From Eledone cirrhosa (taxonomy: Eukaryota), in assembly GCA_964016885.1 (NCBI GenBank), contig OZ024740.1, positions 682,001 to 746,000 of the forward strand: DNA of 64,000 nucleotides, read 5' to 3'. Below, in pieces: positions 38,570 to 52,242 of the stretch. Both the position numbers and the translations under genes were made by a program. Below the pieces are notes generated by a model. That model was given only the letters and a program-made list of their open reading frames with translations. It did not search any database and was not told the origin of the DNA. How positions within the stretch are numbered: position 1 is the stretch's first letter; each line of letters starts with the position of its first letter.

Positions 38570-41383
38570 TTAAACAGGAGAGATAATAAGAACACAAAGA
38601 TAAGGAGAAACCAAGACAACTTGAGGATTACTTCACATGCATTTCTTCAGATTTGTTACATCACAACACATAGCAAGAATCATACCTTGCCAAAGGTCAA
38701 TAATGGACTACTTCACTATAATTACTCACATATATATATATATATATACTACCTTACAGAGTGAACTGGGTGTATTTTATCGTGACACCAGCACTATAAA
38801 GGTTGTCGTGCACAGCCAGGCTGTAGAATCTTCTCTACCATATATATATGTGTGTGTGAGTAACCCATGGAAGAATTGATACTAAATAGAAATGATGATA
38901 TAATGTACGTGTCGATACACAGTAAAAAGGTTATCTGTCGGATAGGATCGATACGTGTCCTCTGCTGTTCGTTGTTTTGAATAACAGGTATTCAGCAGAG
39001 TGTGCGCGCGAAATAGGGTCAGTCAAGCAGAGGTCGGCGGCCGAAATAGTTCTTTTAATTGTGGGAGTGGGGTGGCGTTAGCTGTCAAACCATTGTATTA
39101 TCTGTCTGTGCTGGTTTCTGTATTCGCAGTGTTGAATAGTGTATTCATGTGGTGGTAGTATTTCCTGCCTGTTTGGTGAATGCTACTGTGTGTTTGTCTC
39201 GCTTGTGTGTGTGTGCATGTGTTGTTGCCTCGTTTGTCTGTATTAGCAGTGTAGTATATATTTGTATGGTGGAATGCTACTGTGTGTGTGTGTGCGTGTG
39301 TTGTTGTCTCGCTTGTGTGTGTGTGTGCATGTGTTGTTGTCTCGCTTGTGTGTGTGTGTGCGTGTGTTGTTGCCTCGTTTGTTTAAACCAACCACCTCAT
39401 TTCGCTTCTCTGAGATCGGTTATTTATTTGTGGCCCTAGGCGTTTGATCCAAAGTGCTTCCAGTTGATGGATGTGAATCCAAAATATAGGGACAATTAAA
39501 TCTCTCCCAAGGTAACTCTATCTCGTGTTATTATTTTTATTTTTTACGCACTTTCCTACGTTCTACACACTATATATCTCATTCTACATTCACTTACATC
39601 TCTCTCCACCACTGGATCTTGTTACCCAGAGAATTACCCACCTGCATTGTTGAGGCTTCCAAAACGACCTAAAGAATATATATATATATATAAAGAGATG
39701 CAGGGTGTTCAAAGTTGTGAGAACTTATGGAAGATGTAGTGAAGGCTGACCATGTGAAGAAAATGTTTACAGTGAAATGAAATGAGGATGTAGTAGATAG
39801 TAATGAAGAGACAGAGAAGTCTCAACCCCATCTACCAGTATGGCCCTGACACCCCTGTCCATCTCCCTCCATCTTAATACCTTCATCACCAACTAGGCTT
39901 CCCCCCATTTTAGTTCTCCCCGGTCCAACCTGTACCACCTCTCGATTGATCAGAGCGATTGTCCCACCTATGCCAGGGTGGAAAGATGTGTGCATCCCAC
40001 TGACACACACACATCCCCAGTTTACCTTCCTTCTCAGCCTAGGCTAGCACGGAAAGCTAGACATATCCCAAGATTACTGTTATTCTCTTCGAGGCCTCTC
40101 TCACAACCTGGAGCTTGTTCTCCCACCAGCAAATCATGTACTTCTCTTCACACTGACTTTCATCATCCACAGACTGAAGACATAACTAGTGTCCTTGTGT
40201 TATACTGGGGTAGTACAAGTGCCATGATAAAAATCTCCCTGTTCACTCTCTAAAGTGGTAGTGCTGGTACCACAATAAAATACTTCCAGTACACTATGAA
40301 ATGTGGTTAGTGTTTTTAAATACCAAGCCAAAATTGGAGCGTATGTGCTATATGTGGTCACCTGACCTGTCTAGCCTCAGAACGTGACAGCATAGAAAAT
40401 AGACATTAACGAGGGATTATTATAATGATAATGTATTTTAATGATTTGTACAGTTATTAATCAGAGTTTTGTAAAGACAAAGACACATAACTAATCTTTC
40501 AAATGACCATCGTAAGTGGAGTCTTGGCCATGTTCAATTTAAAAGGAAGTTCATTATTAATTACTGACAAGTCAGGTTCCTATTGAGAAAGCTAGATCAT
40601 GTGAAGGAAGTCAAAATATTGCTGCTAAAACAGCTATTTGTAGATTTGGATAAAAAAAAAAAAAGACCTTTTTCGTCACAGATAACCATGGGATTTCCAC
40701 CTAGAAAGTTTCCCTCTGAAGCACAAGTCTGAACAAGGTTGTTTGTGGAAGGCCAGCAGTCATCTGTACATACCAGTTTCTCCTCTCCACATCGATGTTC
40801 CCCAAAAGAAAAGCAAAGTCCAATACAGCTTGGCACAAGTGACATCACAACCTATTTCTACAGCTGAATAAAATGGAGCAACATAAAATAATGTGTCTTG
40901 CTCAAAGACACAACACATTACCCTGACTGAGAATCGAACTTACAATCTCATGATTGCAAGCCCAATGCTCTAACCACTAAGCCATGCAGCTTCAAATGAT
41001 GTAGTCTGTAGATGAGATAACTCTGCTCAGGTATCTATCTATATATTACTAAAACTCTGTGATTGCTTGCTTGCTTGTCTGTAATGTAATACAGCCAAAA
41101 GGGCGCATAATGGAAAAATGCTTTGAAAGAAAGTTGACTCTGAAATGAGGATACAAATGGAATAGAACAAGTTTCGCATAAATTGGAGCACGGGTTCCCG
41201 AGATATGAGTTTTTTTCCGAGTACCTTCATAAACAGAGAGAGAAATAGATAGTGGTTGTAAGAGAGAGAGGAGACAGAAGGAGAATGGAAGAGAGAGAGA
41301 GAGAGCTGGTGGTGGTGTTGTGTATATATGTGTGTGTGTCTATGACCAGTGTATAAAGATCAAAGACACCCACATATATATAC

Positions 41384-41436
<53 letters not shown>

Positions 41437-41438
<2 letters not shown>

Positions 41439-41866
41439 GGAGGTGAGTTTTATTGTAGTACAATAAAGCAATGCAGATATCGGATAAGAAGCACTTTACA
41501 GTTTGTGGGACTGGAGTATACATAATATATAAGAACAAAAGATGGTTAAAGGAGTTCCATGTATTTTATTATGCGCATTTCAAAAACAAATATCATCATG
41601 CAATAATATTTGTGTTTTCATCAGATAAAACAGGAGGACATGATATGAAGGCTAAAAAACACTTGTGGATAGTTCAGTTTTAAATCAACATATCATATAA
41701 ATATGTTGATTTAAAACTGAACTATCCACAAGTGTTTTTTAGCCTTCATATCATGTCCTCCTGTTTTATCTGATGAAAACACAAATATTATTGCATGATG
41801 ATATTTGTTTTTGAAATGCGCATACATGGAACTCCTTTAACCATTTTTTGTTCTTATATATTATAT
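41437..41866. mobile_element. Palindromic hammerhead-bearing element (arms ~170 bp, 7-nt spacer 41694-41700)
   Basis: Inverted repeat read directly; (TA)n flanks; homologous to 51163-51490. Confidence 0.85.
41564..41630 (-). ncRNA. Type I hammerhead motif with long stem II
   Basis: TTTTAT-CTGATGA-[~15-bp stem II]-GAAA-TGCGCA-TA|ATAAAA; palindromic stem III. The mirror + copy has lost the 3' strand of stem I by an 8-nt deletion. Confidence 0.78.
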
Positions 41867-44800
41867 ATATATATATATGTATACACACACACTTTTTTAT
41901 ATATATATATATACACACGTATATGTATGGCCCTTCCAGTTTCATTTCCCATTATATACATGTCTGTGCATATTTTAATTATTTAAAAATTATTTTTAAG
42001 TGAACATGATTTTTAAAAAAAATTTTGAATTGAACGTTACCCGTGAGGTCACGGGTGGTCTAGTTATTTATAATGTTCAATGTAAGGGAGACAACTCTGT
42101 CAAGGCTAACTATCAATAACAAGAGACAAGTCTTAAATAACCTTTTTGATGCCAACCTAACTGAAACTGCCCATTTTTATGATAAAAACTGTCCCATAAA
42201 ACTCTTCATTCATATATTAAAGCTTTCCATCATAATGAAAACGTTACTTTATTAAATCCCTCCAAATTTTTGATTATTATCAAAATTAATTTAAACATAC
42301 ATGTATGGTAACAAAAGGGATAAATATTATATCTGTGTGTGTGTAAACAACATATGAAATGATTTGAAGCATTGAATGTGTAAATAATTCATAAAATTGT
42401 AGAAACTTAAATGCTGAAATAGCTGTAAAACACAAAGAGTCAGGTTAAACAAAGCCTCTTAATGAACGAAAGAGCATTCAGAGAAGAAGAGATGAAAGGA
42501 ATAGAGCAAATAGCATATGATGAAATATGGGAGAGATAATGTGAGTGATAGAGAATATAATGTTGTATGGAAAAGTAAGAATGGGATAACAAGGGAGAAA
42601 ATAAAGTTGAATGACAAAAAAAAAAAAAAGTAACCATAACATTGGGACCTCTTCAGCTTCCTTGTAGCCACATGATCTCATATGTATTTAAGGCTAGCCT
42701 GCACAACAGAATCATCATCATCATCAGCAGTCGTAACTGAACATTACTTATGAGAATGAATAATGTTTTCCCAGAAAGAGGACAACAGACGTGATGTATG
42801 TCTGACATGAAAATGAAAGCCTCAGATTTTTTATGAGAACATAAAAGTGACAAGACTTTTTGCTTGTCACTTTGATAAATAATCTTAGAAAGGTCACTTC
42901 AGATCACACCTGAAATAAACCAAGTTGTTATTACATGTTTTCTTACTTACCTGACTAACTTCAACAAAACTCTCTCTAGAATATTCTAAGAGTAAATTGA
43001 CATTACCAATAATACAGAATTAATATTTTCAACTTCTGATGTTTGTAATTGTTATATGTATAAGAGAACATTTAAAGAATTCTTGGAGTGAGAAAAATGT
43101 TACTGCTTGTAGCAAAAATTTACCTAATTATTTCAATAGAATTTATCCAAACATTGGTAAGTTTTGTTATTTTGTTTGCTTTAATTCTTACCATCTTGTA
43201 ATGACTTAGCAGAAACTGTCTAAAAAAACGAGTTTGTTAATTCAAATGTTTATAGTATATTTACTGGTAAACAGATCATTTTGAACATTTGCAGCATTAG
43301 AGGAAAGACTTTAATATTTAATGTTATGCAGTCATAATATTGTTTTGTACTCTTCAAGAGTGTCTTGCTAATGCAGTTTGATGCAGTATAGGATGTTAAG
43401 AGTTAATTGACAACAAATTTGCAGTTGTTAGAATGTAGAACAAGAGGACTTGCTACATTTGTCCTAGCTCACTGCACTTGAGTTCAAAATCTGCTGAAGT
43501 CAACATCTTTAGGTATTGCTAGAATAAAAGTATCAGTCCAGGCTGGTTAGTTGCCAGAATCATTAGACTATTTTGTGAAGTACCAGTCTCCCTTCTCCAC
43601 ATCACCAATGTTGTCCAAGGGAAACATAAAGGTCCAATATAGCTTGGCACTAGTGACATTGCAACATACACATACATTATATATACACTATATATGATAT
43701 TGTGCAAGTGAGAGGCAATGACCAATACTGCTTGGTATCAGTGATGTCACAACTCCTTTCTACAGCTGAGTGAACTGGAGCAATATAAAATAAATTATCT
43801 TTCTCGTGGACACAACACATTGCCCAGTTCAGCAATCTGACTCACAACCTCACAATTGTAAGCCCAATACTCTAAACACTAAGTTATGTACTTGTAAATC
43901 AATTATAAAGTCCCCTCTTCTTCATTTAATCGTCTGTACCCTTCCTCTAACATTTTGTATTGTTATAAACCAATTTGTACTTGCTATAAACCAATTATAC
44001 AGTCCTCTCTCCTACACTTAGATCTACATCTACTCAGGGTAACTTTTACAATACAACTGAACAGAGAAAAAAAAATAATAATGAAAATGATTGTATACAG
44101 TGCTCAGGTGCACTATAACTCACAAAGGTGCATGTATGAGTTATTATATATACACAGACACTTACGTGTGTATGGAGGGGGAATATCAGGTGTAGTGTTG
44201 GCGAATTTTGGGAATCATGGAAGTTTTGAAGGATGCAGTGTCCCAACAGCTAACAACTGATGCAGGTAGTTTGTTCCATGCTTCAGCAACTTGAGCATGA
44301 AAAAATGTTTCCAAAAGTCATGGAGCTGTACTGTTTTCTGATTTTGTAAACATGCTCACGGGTGTTAGACACGTGGAATTCAAAAATGCAAGGACTTAAG
44401 TGTTTTAGCAATAGAAAGCAACCCCAGTAATTTAATTAATACTGCAATCTATTGATAGGGTTACCTTTAAAGGATATATTGAATTTTATAAATCTCTTTC
44501 TTCACTGATTTGGTTAAATCCAATCAACTACAGACAATCAATGTTGAGCATTTACCACCAGATATACAGCAATTTGTTCACCAGAAACGCTTCTTGGAAG
44601 GTAAGTCATCAATTACCACATTTTCATTAAAGTGACACTCACACACACACACTCCACTTGCACACATCCACATACATACACATGCACACATACCCTACTA
44701 TTTCTACAATGCAACCCCTATTATTTCTATGATGTAACCCCTATTATTTCTACAATGCAACCACTATTATTTCTACATTATGGGCTGTATGTATGTTTAC

Positions 44801-45742
44801 ATATAGGGAAGCAAATATGTCCTTCCCAAACCAATATCAACAACATACATTTCTATCAGCAAATATTCCAAAACTAACCTTATTTTTCTCTTTGCTGACA
44901 TCCTATTTTTATCAAAAGACATGTATCTTACACCCAAATTCATCTTTAATATAGAAAATTGTTGAAGTTATTCTTCATAAATTTAAGATAGTTGATTCAG
45001 CTGTAATAAAAGAATTTGAAAAATATCCGGCCATTATAGTCACCAAAGGTGGGAACCAGCAGGAGGGCACTTTTACAACCCCTAAAACACTCCTTAAACA
45101 CCCCACCACCTCCAAACTCCACTCCCAATCAATTATCTTGCTCTTACCATTCACTATTTTATGTATATATATAATTCCTCTAAATCTTCATCAACACTCC
45201 TTCACTCCCACACTCATTAACCACTCCCCTCCCAGATACGCTCAAATCTCTTATATATAGAGTCACACATCACAACACAACCTGAGATCAGTTTGACAAT
45301 CACCACTGCCACCGCCACCGATGAATGAGAGTTCTCCAAGAAGTTAACTAGGAATCTTTTAAAAAATCTCCCCACCGAAGTTAACAAAGAACTTACTAGA
45401 TCTACAAAACCAAATTGTAAAATTATAATATAAAATTAAATTAAATTGTTTAGAACTACAAGTGACGTCATTCTTTTCCTTTTTTTAAATATATATATAT
45501 ATATACTATGGCGTGAAGGCGTGTGGCTGAGTGGTAAGAGAATTGGATTCGCAATTGTGAAGATGTGAGTTCGATTCCTGGATCATGCAATGCGTTATGT
45601 CCTTGAACAAGACACTTTATTTTGTGTTGCTCCTTCTACCTGGAGTTGCGACCGATAGAGAGTATTAGCAATTGGAAAAACCAATGGAAACAGTGTTTCC
45701 TCGGTCCGATTTGACAAAAGTCAATCGACTGTCACATATACT

Positions 45743-45942
45743 ATAAGGATAAGGAACAAGGATCAGTGTTACATCATAACATATTGAATAACATATTACA
45801 TATGTTTCACTATCAATCAGCTCATTATTATAGATTGAAAGAGTCAGGTTCAATCTACAATAGGTCTTGCCTCGAGCTGATTGATAGTGAAACATATGTA
45901 ATATGTTATGATGCAACACTGAATCCTTGTTCCTTATCCTAT
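45743..45942. repeat. Inverted repeat containing the 3' half of a hammerhead (GAAA-CATATG-TA)
   Basis: Arms ~45743-45823 and 45874-45942; homologous to 49600-49845. Confidence 0.7.
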
Positions 45943-46477
45943 GTTCTGCACGAGCATCGAGTGCTCAACTGGCATACCGCCTATGGACGCAAATTTCTTG
46001 CAACTATACAACTATATAATGACGTATTATATTCGCTTTTTTTCCACTCATTGCCAGGGAACGTCTCTACGAACCACCTAAATAGAATATTAGTCTACGA
46101 CTCCATTTATACCATAAATGTGGTTTTGTCTTTGAGTGTAATTGTTCTCACCGCTCCAAATAATGACGTATTATCTTCGCTTTTTTTCCGTTCATTGCCA
46201 GGGAACGTCTCCACGAACCAAAGTATCATCTTCCTGTTTTCCTTCGGTTGCAACGTTTTTCGAAATATTTACTTCTGCGTTCTCAGATTGATTTTTTTTA
46301 GTTTCAGAAGATCCCGTTAAGGGTGAAAGCAGCTATTCTTTGTTTAAATTTTAATCTGTTATTTTAATAAATATTTGCTCTATGGTTCTTATATATTTGA
46401 TATATATTTATCCTTATCGAGCCCTCTTTGGATTTTAGTCTTCAAATTTATTATTATTACTATTATTATTATTATTA

Positions 46478-47553
46478 CAGTTGCATTTATCTTGCTTTAT
46501 GTTCATACGATTTATCACCAAGTCACAACCAGTGACCTCAAGAGACAACAAGGTCCGCCATGTTCAAGAAAGAACATACATACACACACATGCATCTTTA
46601 GGTGTTTAGACTTGTTATGTACTTATATTGACAGAATCTTCCTTAGTATATGGGCAGTTCCCATTAGTACTATCTTTTGTATTTCTCCTATACGCGGGTT
46701 TCCTGGGATTTGCGATAAGTAATCATTAGACCCCTTAGGTATCATTCCTAGAGCACCTACAACCACTGGTATTGTTTTAGTTCTCAATTTCCACATTTTT
46801 CCAATTTCTATCTCCAGGTCTTGCTCAATTTTTCAAATGTTTTTATAGATACATTCTTGTCTATTGGAACGGACATATCAATTAGCAGGCATACCCTCTT
46901 TTTAAAGTCCTTCAGTATTATATCAGGTCTATTTGCATCTATTTTTCGGTCTGTTTGGATGCTAAAGTTCCACAAGATTGAGATGTGATCTTTTTCAAGT
47001 ATGGGAGGTGGTTGATGCTCCCACCAATTCTTTTGATGGGGCAGGTCAAAATGCTTACACATTATCCAATGTATGTATTGTGCAGCTCTGTCATGCCTGT
47101 TTAGGTATTCGGTTGGAGCTATAGGACTGCACATTGAAATTATATGATCAATGGTCTCTGGTTGTTTTTTACATACACGGCATAATGGGTTGCATCCATT
47201 TTTTATTATGTTGGCTTGGTAATTTTTTGTTTGCAGACACTGATCTTGTGCTGATATAATCAGTCCTTCAGTCTCCGATTTCAGTCCAGAGGATGCCAAC
47301 CCCTGATGGGTTAAAGTTTTGTCAACATCAGGATTGTTAGCTCTTTCTGGGTATTTTCCTTACAGAGGCTTTTCTTGCCATTTCTTAGCCAGTTTCTGTA
47401 GCCGTTCTTTCTTTGCAGTTACTTTTACCTGCTTTGCTTTTTCTGTGTTTTCCATTTCAGCAGTACATGCGACTTCTGAAATTTGTAGTCCATTACTGTA
47501 TCTTTGTGCATCTTTTGTAATGGAGTATGATCTTTTGATGCATTCGTGCTTCA
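46478..47553 (-). mobile_element. R4/Dong-type non-LTR retrotransposon 3' fragment (restriction-like endonuclease)
   Basis: ETEGLIISAQDQ, CRVC..ETIDHIISMC (CCHC), RHD, NRPDIILKD; bounded by (TAA)n on both sides. Confidence 0.85.
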
Positions 47554-47554
47554 A

Positions 47555-47601
<47 letters not shown>

Positions 47602-47829
47602 TATTATTATTATATATATCATCATCATCATCATCATCAACGTTTAACGTCCGTGTTCCACGCTTGCATGGGTTTGGACGGGGGTAGTCCCACTTGAGGC
47701 AAGAGTGATTGTCTTGCTCGCATAGGACTGTCTGGCAGGTTTTCTACAGTTGGATGCCCTTCCTAGTGTGTCTGTGTGTATATGTATATATATATAAATA
47801 TATAAATATATATATATCATCATCATTTT

Positions 47830-48320
47830 ACATCAACTTTTCCCTGCACAGCATCTCTCCTTTCGTCACGGTCCTTTGTCATCTCCTCCGTGAGCTTCAG
47901 CGATCTGAGGTCAGCTCTCACCACCTCCGCCTATGTTTTTTGTGATCTTCCTTTACTGTGTCTTCCTTCTACTGGGATTTTTTGGCAATTCTTTACCCAA
48001 CGGTCATCTCCCATGCGCATCACATGTCCATACCAACGCACTCTACAGCCTATCCTTCTTATACACAGTTTCTATCTCAATTCGTCTATGCTTGGTCGTT
48101 CACACACATTGACATTGCACATCCAACGGAGCATGCTTGCTTAATTTCTCTCCCGCCGTCACATATCCTCCACAGTTGCTGCTCATGTCTCACTACTATG
48201 CAGTATCGCGCATCTCACACAGGCATCATATAACTGGTCTTTTGTACGCAGGGAGAAATCCTTCTTTGTCAACAGAAGAAGCAGCTCCCTAGACTTCTTC
48301 CAGCCTGTCCTTATTCTAGA
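47830..48320 (-). mobile_element. RTE LINE 3' fragment interrupted by a Helitron
   Basis: Reverse complement of the RTE C-terminal region seen at 37000-37430. Confidence 0.85.
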
Positions 48321-49488
48321 CTAGTATTAAAGCCCGGCGTTGCTCGGGGTCATTAAGTTACCAAAGTTAGGTTGCACCACCCATTTTATAGCAGCACTTT
48401 TTTGTCTGCCAGGCACTGGGTGAATGAATTGCAGACAGGGAAGCAGGAGCTGCGCCAGCAGTGACAATTGTAGTTTCGCCTATGGATATTATCTCTGTGC
48501 AAAAAAGTGTTGAAATTTATTGTTTCACAGTACTTGCGCAACACGTGCGTAGACGATGCCAGCCGAACAACAGAGCTGCGATGGAGTTGTTCTGCATGGT
48601 TGTCTGTGTGTTTTCTAAATTTAAGACAGTAGGGAGGGTTGTGATATGAGGGAGAGTTAGCTGTTGTTTCTAGCAGGTTTAGTGACCTCATAGAGGATAT
48701 GTGTTTTCTAAATTTAAGACAGTAGGGAGTGGTGTGATATGGGGGAGAGTTAGCTGCTGTTTCTAGCAGGTTTAGTGACCTCATAGAAGATAAGTTTTCT
48801 AAATTTAAGACAGTAGGGAGGGGCGTGGTATGGGGGAGAGTTAACTGCTGTTTCTAGCAGGTTTAGTGACCTCATAGAGGATATTATTGTTTATCATTAT
48901 CTATAAAAGGCAGATTGTTGTTGTTGTTGTTGAAGTGAGTGTGTGTTTCTATGCGTTTGGAAAAGAGGTTTTAAAAAAGATTTATCGCTTGTTGTTGAAT
49001 AAATGTATCTGTTGCTTTTGAATAATTGTCGTTTCGTATGAAATGTAATAATTGTTTCTACTTTTTTGGCACAAGGCCAGCAATTAACCAGTACATTACT
49101 GGTACTTTAATCAGTAAGTTTGAAGTATAAAAGAGAAAGTAGCAAAATGTGTGGGTTGTAGATAGAGGTACGCAGATGATATGAGAGAGTAAAATGGACA
49201 GTATCACCATCAAGCTTGGAAAGAGAAAGTAGCAGAAGTATGAAGTTGTATAGATTTTGAATGGTAGTGGAAAGAGTTTAGCAGTTTAAATGACAGAGAA
49301 AAATCGTAAAATATTGAGTTTTATCTATTTTTTGCGTAATTGTGGGTGAAATTGAAAAAATTAGATGTGCCAAAACGCAATCGATGCTATTTCGAATACT
49401 GAATTGTAAATTTCAATTGAAGAAATTCTATATCGTAGATTTCTATAAGAAAGGAGCATGACCACACACTGAGCTTTATAGATTATGA
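48321..49488 (-). mobile_element. Non-autonomous Helitron (second family) with three ~94-nt internal repeats
   Basis: Minus 5' TCATAATCTATAAAG; 3' hairpin CCCGAGCAACGCCGGG then CTAG; host RTE sequence TTCTAGA|TACTAT resumes without a TSD. Confidence 0.88.
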
Positions 49489-49497
49489 TACTATATG

Positions 49498-49528
<31 letters not shown>

Positions 49529-49837
49529 CATCATCATCGTTTAACGTCTATCTTCCATGCTAGCATGGGTTATATATATATATATATTCTCTCAAAGAGA
49601 ATTTGCTTCAAAATCACTAGAGGAACTTGCGAATCACTGAGGAACTTGCGAATCCAGAGTCAGGTTCGATCCACAGATCGCACTTTGAGCTGTTCGCTGG
49701 AGAAACAATCGTAATATGTAATAAATTGTGTTCTGATGCATCACTGATTCTTCATTTTTCATTCTATCATACTCTGCTCTGAAGGAGTATAGAGTGCTCA
49801 ACCAGCATACTGCCTATGGATGCATCCTAGCAACCAT

Positions 49838-49881
<44 letters not shown>

Positions 49882-49965
49882 AAAATATATGACCCCGACG
49901 GCATAGCTCAAACCATTTCGACTGGCTATTTCTGGATTAGATATGTATTTATATATATATATATA

Positions 49966-51140
49966 AAGGGTCTCAAAGTCAACCTGACAAAGACTAAGGT
50001 CCTTGTAAGTAGACGAGAAAACAGAACCCAGCTCCCCTCAGGGAAATGGCCTTGCTCAGTATGTAGGAAAGGTGTAGGTAGGAACTCCATTCTCTGCCCC
50101 AAATGTAAACAATGGGTACACAAGAGATGTAACGGGATCTCAGGAAGCTTAATTAAGAATGTAGGCTTCACATGTAGCAGCTGTACTGGGACAACAAGCA
50201 GCAAACAGCCACAGAAAACAAGCACCACCAAACTCTGGGAGGACCCTGTAGAAACAGTAGACAGCTTCTGCTACCTAGGTGACCGAATTAGCAGCGGAGG
50301 TGGGTGTTTGGAAAGTACAATAACTAGGGTAAGAATGGGATGGAAGAAGTTCAGGGAGCTACTGCCGCTGCTAGCTGCAAAATGCTTTTCCCTCAAAATG
50401 AAAGGCAGACTGTATGATGCGTGTATCCGAACAGCGATGTTGCATGGTAGTGAGACCTGGGCGCTGAAGGTGGAAGACTTACGCAGATTAGAAAGAAACG
50501 AAGCCTGCATGCTCCGATGTATGTGTAATAACAAAGCATAAACGAATTGAGAGAGAGACTGAGCATAAGAGGAATCAGATGCTGTGTGCAGGAGAGGCGG
50601 TTGCATTGGTATGGACATGTGATGCGTATGAAGGATGATAGCTGCATAGAAAAGTGCAGAGCACTAGAATTCGCTGGAAACCGCGGAGTGGGGAAACCCA
50701 AGAAGACCTGGGATGAGGTGATAAAAGCCGACCTTACCCAATTACACTTATCAAAGGCGATGACACACGACCATGACTTCTGGCGTCATGCAGTAATACA
50801 GAAGACCTGACCCCCCACGGGTACAAGCCAAAGCTGAAGCATATAGACAATATGCACCCACACCCTCCCACTACAAAGTGGTCGTGGAGGTGCCACAGCA
50901 AAAAAAGCACTCAGCCCACACTGTAAAGTGGATGTGTAGGCGCCATGGAAAAAAGCACCCAGCACTCACTGTAAATGAGGTTGGTGTTAGGAAGAGCATC
51001 CAGCTGTAGAAATCAAGCCAGAATCAGTTCCTGTATGAGCAAGGCATGGTCAGCTGACCGGACACTGCCCACAACAGGACAACCCGTCTAACCCATGCTA
51101 GCGTGGAAGAATGGACGTAAAACGGTGATGATGATGATGA
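49966..51140 (+). mobile_element. RTE LINE 3' fragment plus 3'UTR
   Basis: GLKVNLTKTK, GWKKFRELLPLL, MLHGSETW, RRLHWYGHV; (GAT)n tail. Confidence 0.88.
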
Positions 51141-51162
51141 TATATATATATATATATATATG

Positions 51163-51490
51163 TAGGAGGTGAGTTATATTGTAGAACAATAAAATTATGC
51201 ATATACCAGATAAGTAGCACTCAACAGTTGATAGAACTGGAGTATATATAGAAGAAATTAAAAGATGGTTAAAAAGGTTCCATATATTTTATTATACGCA
51301 TTTCAAAAACAAATATTATATGTTGACTCGACACTTTCTTGTTCACAAGTGTTTTTAGGCATCATATCATGTTACCTTATTTTATCTGATGAGAACGCAA
51401 TTATCGTCCCAGGATGATATTTGTTTTTGAAATACGCATAATAAAATATATGGAACTTTTTTAACCATCTTTTAATTTCTTCTATATATA
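51163..51490. mobile_element. Fold-back hammerhead-bearing element, same family as 41437-41866
   Basis: Same terminus AGGAGGTGAGTT; left arm truncated inside stem II; (TA)n flanks. Confidence 0.8.
51378..51448 (+). ncRNA. Type I hammerhead motif
   Basis: TATTTTAT-CTGATGA-GAACGCAATTATCGTC ccag GATGATATTTGTTTTT-GAAA-TACGCA-TA|ATAAAATA; 8-bp stem I. Confidence 0.78.
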
Positions 51491-51936
51491 TATATATCTA
51501 TATATATATATGTATATATATATATCATCATCATCATCATCATTTTACGTCTGCTTTTTCCTGCTTGCAAGGGTGGGACGGGAACTGATTCTGGCTTGAT
51601 TTCTACAGCTGGATGCCCTTCCTAACACCAACCTCATTTACAGTGAGTGCTGGGTGCTTATTTCCCGTGGCACCTCCACGACCACTTTGCAGTGGAATGA
51701 TAGGGACCCCAGTCCTATCATCTCATTTCTACAGCTGAGTAAACTGGAGCAATGTGAAATAAAGTGTCTTGCTCAAGGAAACAACACATCACCCGGTCTG
51801 AGAATTGAACACACAACCTTTTGATTGCAAGCCCAATGCTCTAACCACTAAGCCATGTGCCTCCTAATATATGTATATATATGTATCATCATCGTTTAAC
51901 GTCCATCTTCCACGCTAGCATATATATATATATGTG

Positions 51937-51967
<31 letters not shown>

Positions 51968-52122
51968 GTATATATATAAATACATATGTATATATATATA
52001 TATATATGTATATAAATATATGTATATATATATGTATATATATATATGTATATATATATATGTTTGTGTATATATATATGTGTGTATATATGTATATATG
52101 TGTATATATATGTATATATATA

Positions 52123-52163
<41 letters not shown>

Positions 52164-52242
52164 ATATATATATATATATATGTATGTATATATATATGTG
52201 TGTATATATATATGTATGTTTATATATATATGTATCTATATA

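Noticed and set aside
38940-39080. Short CpG-rich patch as a promoter
   Set aside because: No linked downstream gene or recognisable core elements.
42640-44606. Possible exons of a second gene (donor-like GTAAGT at 43157 and 44601 on +, ~42950 on -)
   Set aside because: Short, on conflicting strands, with no recognisable protein and nearby stops; needs RNA evidence.
46304-46340. Hammerhead-like CAGAAGA-TCCC..GGG-T-GAAA-GCAGC-TA
   Set aside because: The core is mutated and stem I cannot form; too weak to call.
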